A stretch of 64,000 nt of DNA from Blasia pusilla (lineage: Eukaryota): the NCBI GenBank assembly GCA_050084515.1, contig CM114271.1, positions 15,376,001-15,440,000 of the forward strand, in the 5' to 3' direction. The position numbers and the translations under genes were made by a program. The notes under the pieces were generated by a model, which was given only the letters and a program-made list of their open reading frames with translations, was not told the origin of the DNA and searched no databases. The number at the start of each line of letters is the position of its first letter. Positions within the stretch are counted from its first letter, which is position 1. Below are positions 25,890-38,400 of the stretch, in pieces.

Positions 25890-28809
25890 CACCACTGCTA
25901 CCGCCTCTCTAATGACATCATGTGTGGACGTTCATTCTCCACCATGTGCACATCGGAGAATATAGATACCCTTGGCATCAATGGGATCCCCGCATACACA
26001 ATTTGGCACACCTAACTGAGAAGGATGGGGGAAGTCCAAGCCGTAACCGCAAAGTTTTCGAGAATATACTTTGAGGAAGACAAAATAGAAGAATAAGAGG
26101 ATTTGCAATAAGCCACGTCCCTGCTCTGGTACCCGCCCATGAATGCAAACAAGCTCCATGAGCGTCAGAGGATGCCTCGGAGAGAATGTTGGAAAAGTTG
26201 ATTTGATGCAGATTCTCGAAGATATGCTCTTGAATCGATCAAGCCCTTCCGTAATCAATTGGCTGAAAGGGGGTAGAATTGCTTGTGTAGGAAGAGGAAG
26301 AAGACCTTGTGCAGATCTCAGTTGTTCTTGAAATAACAAGTCCCCCTCCTCTGCATGGGCGATATGATCCATCAAGATAGGTGTATCTCCTTGGAGAAAC
26401 CTTGAAGAAGCCATAATCGATGCTACCAACGCCCACCTCCCCAAAAAGGCTGCGGGAGCAGATGCAACTATGGAGGACAGTCCCACCCCTCCAAAAGAAA
26501 TAGGAAAGATAGCTTGTCGTGAAGCCAAGACACCATCCTCTCCCTCAAAGGTATTTGGGCCAAGAAGTTGACCAAAAGTTGCCAAGATAGAAGCGTCAAA
26601 AGAGGCCAACCGATGTAAGAATCTTGAAGTGGGAGGACAAGTGCGTAGAAGGTAGGAAGGACGTCATAGAAAACATTGAGAGAGAATCCCATAAGCCACT
26701 TGGGGATCCCCTAGATGAGGTAAAAAATGAAGCCATTCTATGTCTTTCAAAAGGGCTTTATCCAAGAACTTTGAGACATAGTCGATGAAGCCAATTGGGA
26801 CCCCAAGAACCCCAACCCCTTCAATGTAGATGGGAAAATCATGAGTAGGTGGGATGAATGTTGAGGGAAGGCATAAAGGAGACCACATTCCATATTTACT
26901 AGGTTGGACTTTAAGGTTTAAGAAAGAGAGTTGCTCCACAAAATGGGTATAAGCAGGAACCACTTCAGAAGGAGGACCTATAATGTGAGTGTCATCAAAA
27001 ATAGAAGGAGAAATACAAGATGGAAATGCTTGCGTTGATGCTCAAAGGACATGAAAATGGGCAATGGCACAGAGTGGGCCATCCATGGGATCACCTTGAC
27101 GTGTGCCACAAGACGATTATAGAATATTATATTTCCCGGAAGTAGCATGATGAGAATAGATAATGGGCGTACCATAGGCATAGAAGGAGCAAACAAATAG
27201 AATGAGGCTCGCAAGCTATCCTCCTACACAACGTAACTCCTCAAAGATGGCCGCATGAGAAACTGAATTGAATACGTTAGCCACATCGACTTGAATTGTT
27301 ACCCAATCTACATGAATATCACGAGTGGGGTGAATCCCATGCACCACAACCTCACAACCTTCAGGAGTTGCCACTCCAAATTGATGAGGAAATAAGTGGG
27401 CACTAAAGTGAGGACGAAATTGCAAGCATAGGGATCGACTAACCAAACAGTATAAAACCTCTCCGATAGCCAAAGGGCGGACACCTGAAGGAGGCTTATC
27501 CATAGCCAACAAACGACAAGCCCCTAAGAGCCTAGAGATAGAGAATGGGAGACGACATGCCACACACCTTATATAGAGAGAGACAAAGCCACTTGCTGAA
27601 TCTTTTGGGATAAAGCAATCGCGGAGATGCTAAAAAACCATCCATGATAGCCCGCTTGATGATAAGCAAGGAGTATGCAAAAAGCCCTTGTGAAAACCTC
27701 CAATCAAGCTCCAAGTTAAGGTGCGTTGTATAGTCTTCCACAAAAGGTGGAGCATCACCACTTGAAGGAGGGTGAAGAGCTTCTAAGAGAGCCATTTTTC
27801 CCGCACTTGGAACCGCCGGAGAAAGAGGACCCAATGCTTGAGCTACACGTGAAAACTCACCAACCTGTCCCAAAAGTAGACTTCGTGGAAGGCGTTGTTG
27901 TATTGAAGGTCTCCCATGATTGGCATGTTGAGTGGGATGAGCCGCAGCTAAGGCCTCTGCTCAAAGTACATGCTCATTCTGAAGATTCTCCCAATCCCCA
28001 AACATAAAGCGTTGAATACGTGTGGAGGTTTCATGATGACCCGTCGCATCACCCCTTGGAGGGAGGACTAAAATCCATTGTGGGAAGAGTAATAGGAGAT
28101 ACCAAGCATTGATATCTATGGGATCACGCGCTAACCTTTCTAATGGGAAAAACAAAGCTTGTTGGATGATGGGAGGAAGAGCAATAGGAATGCGAGTGTA
28201 GAGTCTAGGATGAGGAAGACCTGGATGGATAGAGCGAAGGAGATCAATTTGGCTTAACAAAATCCAAGCAATTATTATGGGGAGTGCAGTAGGAGGTGGT
28301 ATTGGGTTAGGGATTGAAGGCCCATGCATGGATCGACAGTACCGCTGATTTCTTTTGATCCCATTAGGAGCAAACTCCTTACCACAAGGTATGCAACGAA
28401 CCTTTGGTACAAATGCAGAAGTAGAAGGGTTACAAGGAGAGGAGGTGGGAGGTGCAAGAGGTGGTGATGGATGACGATGAGGGGATAAGTAGGTTGGGGA
28501 AGGAGGAGGAGGAAGAGGGGAGATAAGGGTAGAATAGATGGGAGTTGGAAGCAAGGGCATAGATGAGATATGTGGGGATGGCAAAGTAAAAGGATTCAAT
28601 AATAATGGATCAAGATTAGGCTCAATATGACAAGACGAAGAGGGGAGAAGAGGAGAATCCGGAAGAAATGTAGTGAGTGTAATACTTGTATTAGCATCTG
28701 GAGGAAAATGGAGAGATCAACGATGAGGAGGTGAACCAGGGGGAGAGGTTACGGTTGTAGGAGGGCGTGTAAAATCAGATAAGCAAGTAGATGGAGAATC
28801 CAACTCCAT
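25836..28809 (-). mobile_element. CRE-clade-like non-LTR retrotransposon copy B (single-ORF pseudogene: Pro-rich N-terminus, zinc finger, RT, C-terminal Cys/His motif; truncated before the RLE)
   Basis: Possible ATG at 28809. Motifs: CIPCGKEF..GIKRNQRYC finger; RT motifs GVRPLAIGEVL, PHQFGV, QVDVANVFNSVS, RQGDP, DDTHI, GVPIG; GGVGL; and CVCG...LRCAHGGE. Many frameshifts. Confidence 0.85.
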
Positions 28810-29904
28810 CTGTGATGACATATAGAGGCAAAGGTAGGCAAGTCATCGGAGAGAAGAGAAGACACATGAAACGTGGTTTGGAGAAAGCATGAGGGTAATG
28901 AGCAAAACAAAAGTAGTGGAATCCGTCCAAAAGAGATTTAGATGGAGAGAAGAAGATTAGGCAATATTGAATTTATGATTGAAAGTTACTATAAGAAAAG
29001 TATAAAAAGAAATTGAAAAGGAAAAGTCATCTATATGGTATCGGAAGAAGTGGCTCAAGAATATGAATTTCTAATGTCCTTAAGGAGATGGCAAACGTAT
29101 GTAGGGGCAAAACAGTAAGGTAAAGAGTTGAAAGAGCAAGGAAGAATTTTGGGAGGAATTGACCTAAAATAAACCCGTACACAAAAATAGGTGCCTACAA
29201 AGAAGGAAGAAAAAAATAGAAAACCTACTTGATATAAAAAGAACGAGCTTGTCAAGACAATCGAAACAAGCCCAAACACGTCCAAAACCGAATCTCCAGA
29301 AGAAAATTATGAAAGAAAATTGGAAATACCAAAAAAGAGGATGTGAGGAGTAAGTGAGACACCCACCAATGACTGCTATGAGGGAATGAGTTAGTAATGT
29401 TGGGCCCAGCCCGTATCAAAAGATCAAGAAAAGCAAGAGGAATTCCTTAAATCGATGGTAACCCGATATCACTCTATAAGGAGAGCCCTATGTGTGAAAT
29501 TGCGTATAAGAATCTATGAGCACATTTAGGAGAGGAGGAGGTCCAAAGATCCCAAGAACTTTGGAAAACTCAATCTTAAGTTGGAAAAAGAAGACCCCAA
29601 AGTTCAAGTTTGAGAAGATGAACACGTTGGGCCTTAGATTGAAAAGATTGGATCACCATGGAAATAGTTACAAGCAAAATTCTAGACTTTCCTCCATCTC
29701 CTCCGCCATAGTCCTCTTCGTCCATGTCAAAAACCCCTTTCGTACATTGTCTTCATACCAAGGGTTTTCACCAGTGGATTTGTTCCAACTATGTTTTTCT
29801 CTCATATATATATATATATATATGAATGAGAGAAAAACATAATTCAATTTTATTCCATATATATTATTAATTAAGGAAGGGAGATTACTCTACTTATGTT
29901 GGAT

Positions 29905-29944
29905 AAGCTCATATTCTCATTTTCTAAAATGAGAATATGAGCTT
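29905..29944. repeat. Perfect palindrome, 19-bp arms, 2-nt loop
   Basis: AAGCTCATATTCTCATTTT-ct-AAAATGAGAATATGAGCTT. Confidence 0.9.
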
Positions 29945-30239
29945 TTACTTCTTAAGGAAAGGATATAAAGTTATAAATATCCACTTTATTATAATAACAA
30001 ATCTCAAAAGTGGACAAATAAAGGTAATAACATCTCGGAAGAGGATGAATAAAAAAATGCATAATTGAATATAAAAAGAAAATGACAACTAGCCAACACA
30101 AACACCAACTCAACGAGCTACCCGATTGATAGCCTGAAAAAAATTTGACAAGAACACTAGTGGTTGATCAGACGTGAATGGACGACAAGACGAGCCATAC
30201 CCCACCACTTCCGCACGACGTATCAAATCCAAAGCTTGA

Positions 30240-30671
30240 CTATGTTGTAAGTCCACTTAGATGTATTTCCATAATTAAGTAGTGACTACAGAGAGAGAGA
30301 AGGGATACGGGAAGGGGAAGGTGATGATTCTCAAGGGAGTGGTGAGCATATGTTTTCACGAAAATATGAAAAGATATATATAAATGATCGAATATTTCCA
30401 CTGCAAAAGGAATAAATTCATCTGTCGTATATCTCACGACATAACTTAACTCTTTGATTCTTGTTATTGCTTTGGCTGTTGAACCTTTGGTGTGTGCGGC
30501 TCGACACATCAAGTCAGAACATGTTGGATAAGCAACCACCACATCAAATGGTGTCGGGAATCCACCTCGAGACATAACAAAATTCATTCTCCGATGAGAG
30601 GTTACTTGTGTAGTTGAAGGTAAGACATGGAGTTGCTCTTGCCCGACGATGTACCCAAGAGTACGAGACAC
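30240..30671 (-). mobile_element. 3' fragment of the same CRE-like family, encoding a decayed restriction-like endonuclease (RLE)
   Basis: GYIVGQEQLHVLPS overlaps the truncated end of copy B. It continues RRMNFV..FDVVVAYP..AAHTKGSTAK..RIKELSY..FIPFAVEIF, the PD-(D/E)xK-type RLE pattern. Confidence 0.75.
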
Positions 30672-31313
30672 CCGTCCTTTTAAGTGACTTCCGGTCGTGA
30701 CACCCTAAACCCTCTAACAACTTAGTTTTTATTATCTAATTAACATGGAAAAGTTTGCAAAGGGAAGGAGGGCTTACTCCACCAACTAGTCTCCTAAAAC
30801 CTACCTAAACCATAAACTAAGCAAAATTCAAAAAATCAAATTTAGATTCCGAATGATGAACGCGAGTCCCGCCGCCGCTGGCCTCGCAAAGACATTCCTC
30901 ATGCGCTAGAATAAAAGAAAATAAGAGGAAAACGTGCAGAAATTAAGAAATGCCTAGTGCAGACACGTGGACAGTAACCCTAATACTTTACACTGTATCT
31001 CTGGAATGTGCCAGTGGCGGGGTGGGGACAAGGCATCCATCCATCCACATGAAACGGACGGTGAAAACGTTCCTCACAGCATCAGCCGCGCCAAGCTCAG
31101 TTCTCATGGAGGGACGACAGCGCAAGTCATGAACGCAACGGAAAGCGACAACGGAAAGGACACCTTGACCATGACGTCGGCAGGTGGCAAGCGCGCGTAG
31201 GACGGACCCCAGTTCGGGCAGTCGCCTCCGTGGCAGGTGACCCGGGGGGACGCACCTATATGCCCACCTAAAACGACAAGACCTACAGCTACAAAGTCAG
31301 GACCTCTAGGGGC

Positions 31314-31500
31314 GATTAGGCCAAGATCGCGATTAATCCGAATGAGGTCCAGCTTTCGTCGCTTCGGTTCCAATTAGGGGAAGATCGCGATTAATTACGA
31401 CTAAAGCTACAAATACAAAGCACCTTCAGGGAATTAGGGGAAGATCACGATTTACCGCAACTGAAGTGACACTGACAACTCATAATTAGGAAATCAGGAG
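31314..31500. repeat. Degenerate repeat array with core AATTAGGGGAAGATCRCGATT at ~55-60-bp spacing; further units at 32673, 32727, ~34598-34670 and 34921
   Basis: Core copies at 31314, 31372, 31432 and 31484, with dissimilar intervening sequence. Confidence 0.6.
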
Positions 31501-32451
31501 ATGATCTCCCTTGGTTAGAACTGAATCTAACTAAAGGTTAATCTTCTCGGACTCTTGGAGGAGTTAGAAGAAGATTGGGGCCGTCAAAGAGTAGCCTACG
31601 GAAAAAGCCTATGGTTTTCTTTTTTTTTTTTTTTTTTTGGGGGGCAACAATATACACATAGCCGTATTAAAAGATCCGAAAATACATCAGAGTTGCACAC
31701 CCATGTATTTATGATTAGAGATTGGAAAGAAAGGGAGAATTTGTAATCTGTAGTGAATACCAATTCGGAAAGCTCAAGAGTCACCCGTTTTGGAGCCAAG
31801 GGAAAAGGCCAGTGAAGCAAGTTCGGGTGACCAAGAACTCCCTATCCTCTTTGACACCCCTATTAGGGCTACTTAATTCCATGTTATGGTAAGTTTGGAT
31901 GCCCATGTTATGGAAAATCCCGTTTAGTTTGACACCTATGTCGGGTGTGACATTAGGGCACTCAATTCTTCCGCAAGAAATGGTCATTCATTTCACAGGA
32001 ATGGGTTTTGTTCAATAGTAATAATTATTTTAAAAAATTAATTTCATCTAAAAATGAATAAAATTTCAGTTTTGATATCCCTAAAAATTGCCGTTGCGGG
32101 AAATGGCACACCTATTTAGGATCATATTTTTCAGATGGGGATTCACCCGTAACCAGGGATCACGGGGCTTAGGGCCTCCCGTAAAGGGTTTAGGGCTTAG
32201 GGCCTCTGAACTTGGCCTTAAAGCAGAATTGGGTGGCCATATTTCTCCACATGACATTTTAACACTTGGATGTTCTTGGATGTTCACACTTGGTCTTGTG
32301 CCACCTAATAATCTTCCCAATCAATCAAGAGAATAAGACTACTCAATGCTGGTCCACTCCTATGTGCAATGGTTTCCCATTTGGAAAAAAACAAACCTCC
32401 TTAGGATGAGCTATTTTCGGAAAGGAAAATTTAGTATGGATATATGAAAGA

Positions 32452-32594
32452 CTAGTTAGGACCGTTGCAATGCACGGTCTGCTCTAGGGTCCCTAAAGCC
32501 CCGTTACTTGAATGCCCCCCTCCCCCTACCCATGCCACATGGTGAATTCTCACGTGTTGCCATCTGAAAACCGCTCCTCTATTAATAGTATAGA
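32452..32594 (-). mobile_element. 143-bp non-autonomous mini-Helitron
   Basis: The minus strand reads A|TCTATACTATTAATAGAGG ... ACCGTGCATTGCAACGGT (hairpin) CCTAA CTAG|T. This is a 5'-TC, a subterminal hairpin, a 3'-CTAG and an A^T target. Confidence 0.8.
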
Positions 32595-33224
32595 TGATGT
32601 TTATCCTCCTTAGTGAAGTTATTATCGATGCAAGACTCGCCTTCTCCCTCAGGGCGAGAAATTGGTAATCCTAATTAGGGGAATATCACAACTAATGTTG
32701 ACGGAAAGGATACCTTGACCATGACAAATTAGGGGAAGAACACAACTAATTAGAACTAGAACCAATATGCGGCCCTATCAGAAAAAAATTTGTAGGCTAT
32801 ACAAACCACTAGTATACATAGGGAGGGGAATTTTTGGGACGAGAGAAAAAACGTTCATATACAAACAAGTTTGTATTGGAGGTATACAAACCATCATAGG
32901 AAAACCTCGATCGGGAAAAAAATTAGGACGGATGGGACGGAAATACAAAACAGTATATGCACACACGGAATAGAATACCCGCACGGAGAGGAGAGAATAC
33001 TATGGAGGGAGGGAAAGTTGGGGGACGAGAGAAAAAGTGCCCATATACAAGTTTGTTTGCGAGATATACAACCATCACAGGGGGAGAAGATACAGAGAAG
33101 TGTAATAATAAATAGAAAATAGGATGGGAAACCCATTAGGATACAAATGATGGGGCATAGAAAGCCAAAAAAAAACCTCAAGGGGCCAAAACCGGCCCCA
33201 AGGAGAAAGAAGGGGCCTTTCCCC

Positions 33225-34530
33225 TAATGACCAAAATCACCAACAGCAGAGACAATATCAACAACACCTAGAGAACTATGACTACTACTAAGAGGGCCTC
33301 TAACATTGGCATCTCGAACCGCCTAAGCGTGCCGCAAAAGCCCATTTGCTTGGGCACGCTGCAAAGCTATGGAGACCCGTTGCCTACAATAAAGTATCGC
33401 AGTGGTTAAGGACAACCCATTTCTCGACTGGAGATGATCAGCGCAATCCGTAAGGAACGAGTCAAACCTCTCCCCCATAGCCCCGTACATCTCAATGGCT
33501 AGGGGGATAAATCAATGTCCGTCATGAAGTCGACTATAGATGTGGGTCTTCTTGACCGCCGCCGCGGCTCCTTGTAGCAATCTCCCTTGTGCCACCACTT
33601 GGGCTCGCACCGCCTCCCGCGTAGGATTCCCACTACTCCATGCGGGATAAGGGAATCCCACATGGAGTAGTGCCTCTGTCTCTGTACATGGAATCCACTC
33701 TCCCGAGCACTAGAGAACATAATATCCCGCACTGCATCGTGAGTGTCTATCCTCTCACCCCCAACTGGACACCGTGCCAAATGCACACCAAGTAGATCCA
33801 GACTGGTGACACTCGCAATGTGTCGAACCAACCATCGATGGTTGGGGTAGGCCCAGTCGGAACTGCATCGATGTAGTGTAGGTGCGATGTGGAAAGACGA
33901 GATGAGGGGACGAGCCCCCATCCATGAGCCTGCCCCCTTTCCGGAGCAAGAGCGAATACGGGCCCGAACCTCCATGGGGATATTCCCGTCCGACATAGTA
34001 GCTCTAAACAATGCATCAAAGTGGGCTTCCATCAAAGAAGATTGGAGCCCAGACTGTCCGGAGGTAACTTGGGAAGAGAATGCGGGAAGAATTGCTCTAG
34101 ACTCAACAAGAAGGGAATCTCTACAAGCTGTGAGTGAAGACTGAAATGGGAAAAGACTATCCTCAATCTGGGAAACGTACTGTAAAAGTAGCGGTCTATC
34201 CCTAACCAAAAATCGGGAGCAAAGGAGGGGTGCTACAATGGCCCAACTCCCTAAAAGAGCTGAAGACGCCATTAACTCAGTCGCTATGAGACCTACTCCA
34301 CCAAAGGCAATCGGCCAAGAAGCCTGTCTACGACCTAACTCCCCCGTGGGGCACTCTAATGAGCCGGGTCCTAGAAGATCCCCAAATGCCTGCATGATCT
34401 TTCTATCAAAGGATCTATACAAGGAAGAAACATGACTAGACGCCCACATGGTTCCACACAGATAACCAGGTCTACGAGCAAAACAAGACGAGAGGATTCC
34501 ATCAGCTACTTGAGGGTCACCAGTCCTCGT
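33225..34530 (-). mobile_element. 5'-truncated CRE-like non-LTR retrotransposon, second more divergent family (copy C), upstream of GSH1
   Basis: GDPQVADGILSSCFARRPGYL, FGGVGL, ARCPVGGERIDTHDAVRD. A frameshifted RLE end follows, FIPLAIEMYGAMG...RQRVSIALQRAQA. Homologous to copy B at the protein level but divergent in DNA. Confidence 0.8.
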
Positions 34531-35328
34531 GAGATCGTCGTCGTGGAGAAGATCCTCAGTAAGAGCCGCCGCCACAAAACTCGGTACAAAGTCGACGATT
34601 AGGAGGAGACAGAGAAAGATTAGGAGGTTGTTAGTCACGAATATCATTAAAGTCGCACGAATTAGGTTACAAAATCCACATCAGGTAGATAGGCAAAACC
34701 TTCGTTAATAATAATAAAAAACAAAACTTACATGTAGAGACCTAACTAGAATCACTAATAAAAGACCTAGGGGAGAAGAGATGACTATCGTTAATTAGAA
34801 AAGTAAGCTCATTAGAACTAAAGTTATGAGACAAGAGCCCGTGATGGAATCCGGAGAAAGATGACAATTAATAGGAGGAACCCAAGCCACCAATCGAATA
34901 AAACAGCTCTTTAGGAGGCCATTAGGGGAGGACGCCGATCACGAAATAAATGAATAATTAATCACGAAATAGGCCCAGTAGAGAATCTGGGCTACTAGTA
35001 ACTCGTACGGCGCCCGCATGCCTACGCCCGTTCGCTGGTTGGATAACTTGGATGTCTCGCTAACCGGGGGCTAACCATGGTCAGCTGCGCAGCAAAACTG
35101 GAAGCGAGTGATATCTTTCATATTCGCAGCAATCTGTCGAAAGCCCGCAGTCTTCGTTTTCCCTTCCGGAGACGCGGAAGGAGACGCGGGGCAGGCACTG
35201 TCAGGGAATTTTGTTGCGATGGAAGCGAGAGGGGTGAGGAGACACGGCCATTTCGATCCGCAGGAAAATATGTAAAGGGCTGCGGATCTCGAACGAGAGA
35301 GATGTAGGCGGGAAGGTTTGCGTGCGCG

Positions 35329-35336
<8 letters not shown>

Positions 35337-35373
<37 letters not shown>
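35337..35373. repeat. (GA)n microsatellite in the GSH1 5' leader
   Basis: GA run ~30 nt upstream of the GSH1 ATG. Confidence 0.9.
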
Positions 35374-35379
<6 letters not shown>

Positions 35380-35403
35380 AGGGAGAGGAGTGGAAAGGAA
35401 AAG

Positions 35404-38400
35404 ATGGTGCCAATTTTGATGCCCGTGGGATGCCATTCTTCCTCTGCTTTAGTGGCGGCCTGTCGAGCCGGAGGAGAGTGCGGCCGCAGGAATGGAGCGT
35501 CGAGTTCGGAGGGGGTCAGCGGATTGAGGAATTCGTTCGGAATTCGAAAGTGGAGGGGCGCCCGAGTGAACAGCGTTGGAAAGTGGGGCAAGAAGAGGAT
35601 TGGTGGTTTTCAGGTGGTGGCGGCTAGTCCTCCTATCGAGGAGGTAGGCGTTCGGGCCGAGCCTTTGACGAAGGAGGATCTTATCGCGTATCTGGCGTCC
35701 GGATGCAAGCCGCGGGAAAGATGGAGGTCGGTGGCCAAATTCGTTCGCGCTTTTCTCAACGCGAGTATTTGAGATTGTGAGGACATTGTGGAATTGTCCC
35801 ATCGTTGAGGTTGTTCGGGATTCCGCGTGTCGAGCGCCTCATGGACGAGTCTGTCTGAGGAAGGCACTCGCCGTGTGAACGAAATGAGGATGTTGAATTC
35901 TGCCCGGCTCGGGTCGGGCAGCAGGGGAGGTCGAGAATCCTGCACTGATACTGCTTTGGTTGCGCAGAATTGGTACAGAACACGAGAAATTCGGGTTTGA
36001 CCTGAAGACCCTGAAGCCTATGGAATACAAGCAGATTTCGCAGCTTCTCGAAGGCCTGGCAGAACGTTTCCATTGGGAGAGAGTCTCCGAAAATGGCAAC
36101 ATCATTGGCTTGAAGATGGTTGGTTTGCGAAAACTCCTCATCACTACACTGCGTATTTGAGTCACGCGATGGATTGTTTGTGGAGAAGATTTTGACGGCC
36201 ACGACGCAGATCTGCATTGAAAATCCTCGCATACAATTGATTCTGGTGTAACGGGGTGGTGCGTTGGGTGTAGGATGGTCAAAGTATTTCCTTGGAGCCT
36301 GGGGGCCAGTTTGAATTGAGCGGTGCTCCTCTTGAAACTCTGCATCAGACTTGTGCCGAAGTCAACTCCCATCTTTACCAGGTAAAAATTATCAAGCGCA
36401 CATGTGCCTCACGCGCCTCCACTCCTCCGGCCCTTCCTGAGTGCCAGAATCACAGTACCTATACGATGTGATTGATTGGTTGGAGTTGGAATTGGATATA
36501 CTGTAGGTCAAGGCCGTGACAGAGGAAATGGGCTTGGGATTTTTAGGCATCGGCTTTCAACCTAAATGGCCAATTTCGGCTATTCCAGTTATGCCCAAGG
36601 TAAGCTTACACCTCAGGCTTGATTTTTCTCGCAATTTAAGGCAAAGCATCCGATGGGGTGGTAAATGGCCTGCTCGGATGGAGGGAGTTTTTATTTCTCG
36701 TGATGTCTCTCCATTCGGAACCAATATATGCAAACGGGGTGATATTTTCTGCGGGTGCGAGTGCTGTGCAGGGCAGATATGACATTATGCGCAACTACAT
36801 GCCTAAAGTGGGTTCGCATGGTCTCGACATGATGTTCCGCACTTGCACTGTGCAGGTATCTACTGGCTCTATATAGTCTAGGCTGAGATTTCATCCGTTT
36901 CAAACTTGGTAGTTGTTCGCAGTGAAGGTTTCGTCGGGATTAACATGGAAATGACCTCGTCCTTAAACCAGGTGAATTTGGATTTCTCCTCCGAAGAAGA
37001 TATGGTGAAGAAATTCCGAGTTGGCCTGGCGTTGCAACCTGTACGTAATTTCTGTGACAGTATTTCAATGTCAACAGTGGAGTTTTGAAATGAAACAGAA
37101 TCATCTCAGAACCACACTGTGAGAATTTCAAACAAATCAAGTGTAAAAATTAATGAAGTATGCCTACCTTAAGTGACTACAACGATTCCTAATGTTACTG
37201 TTCTTCTGATGTGAGCAGATTGCAACAGCCCTCTTTGCTAATTCTCCTTTTGTCGAGGGAAAGCCAAGCGGCTACATTAGTTACCGCAGGTGGGTAGTCA
37301 TAGACAGTTATCTTAGATGGGCAAGTGTGTAGTTTTTTCATATCACAGGCTCTTATCTCCTACACTGGTAAAGCTGCATTTGTACCTTGTCCGTGCATGT
37401 TTGGCATTACTATGAAATTCCTGTGTATTATTCTGTCTCATTTCCTTCTTCCTCTCTCAATAATGTCAGTTCATCCATCCTTAGATGTCGGTAGCTCATG
37501 CACTATTTTTGGGATAGCTCAATTCCCTATGATGAGATTCACGGGGAAACTTGTCGCTGACATTAGCACAGGGGTCTTCAGTGTTTTCAGTTTGGATGGT
37601 TTGCTTACAAAAGCTGTTCTCTTGAAGCTCGTCCAGATCCTCCAGTCAAGGGTGCCTTGGAGTTAATTCTGAAGAGTTCTGTAATGTTTCGCTGTAACAG
37701 TCATATTTGGACAGACGTAGATAAGAATCGAACTGGTGATCTTCCATTTGTCTTCTCTGGGAAATTTGGGTAAGTTTCACAAACTCTGTGTATTACTATA
37801 TAATACTAATTTGATCCTTGCAACCTGTACTTACTGGTGTTCCACATTGAATTGTAAATGGAATATGTAAGATTCTGTATATGTCATGCTTTCTTATTCC
37901 ATTGGGTTGAGATGGATGCAGATTCGAGGACTATGTTGATTATGCCTTAGATGTTCCGATGTACTTTGTCTATAAGAACGGTCACTATATAGACTGCGCT
38001 GGTTTATCTTTCAAGGTAACGAATGCACTGACCAATTATGAAATCTGTTTGTAGGGATTGCAAGAAGAAGTAGGCAAGAATTTCTGTGAACTGTAGTGTT
38101 ACTGTAACGTGGAATAAGTTCTTACCGTTGTGGTGACGCGACTATGTACCCATCATTAATTGTATGTAGAGGGAAGATGATAGAACTGTACGGACATGAG
38201 CTACGCTTTGTTATCTTCTGACATTATGTGGAATTGCTTGTTATGCAGGATTTTCTGAATGGCAAGTTGCCAAATCTACCAGGTGTAACCCCATCACTCA
38301 GTGACTGGGAAAATCATTTGACGACGATCTTTCCGGAGGTAAATTTGGGAAACTTTTATCTTTTTCCACATTTTCCTGGACACATGGAGGATGAGTTTCT

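Noticed and set aside
31314..31500. CRISPR array
   Set aside because: The repeats are degenerate and irregular, there are no cas genes, and the context is eukaryotic with introns. Kept only as a repeat array.
33499..34647. 382-aa ORF as an intact host gene
   Set aside because: It is a 5'-truncated, frameshifted retrotransposon segment, and its hydrophobic N-terminus comes from flanking repeat DNA.
35071..36372. Several 110-177-aa minus-strand ORFs
   Set aside because: Antisense to the GC-rich 5' end of GSH1 and partly microsatellite-derived (SLSLSL).
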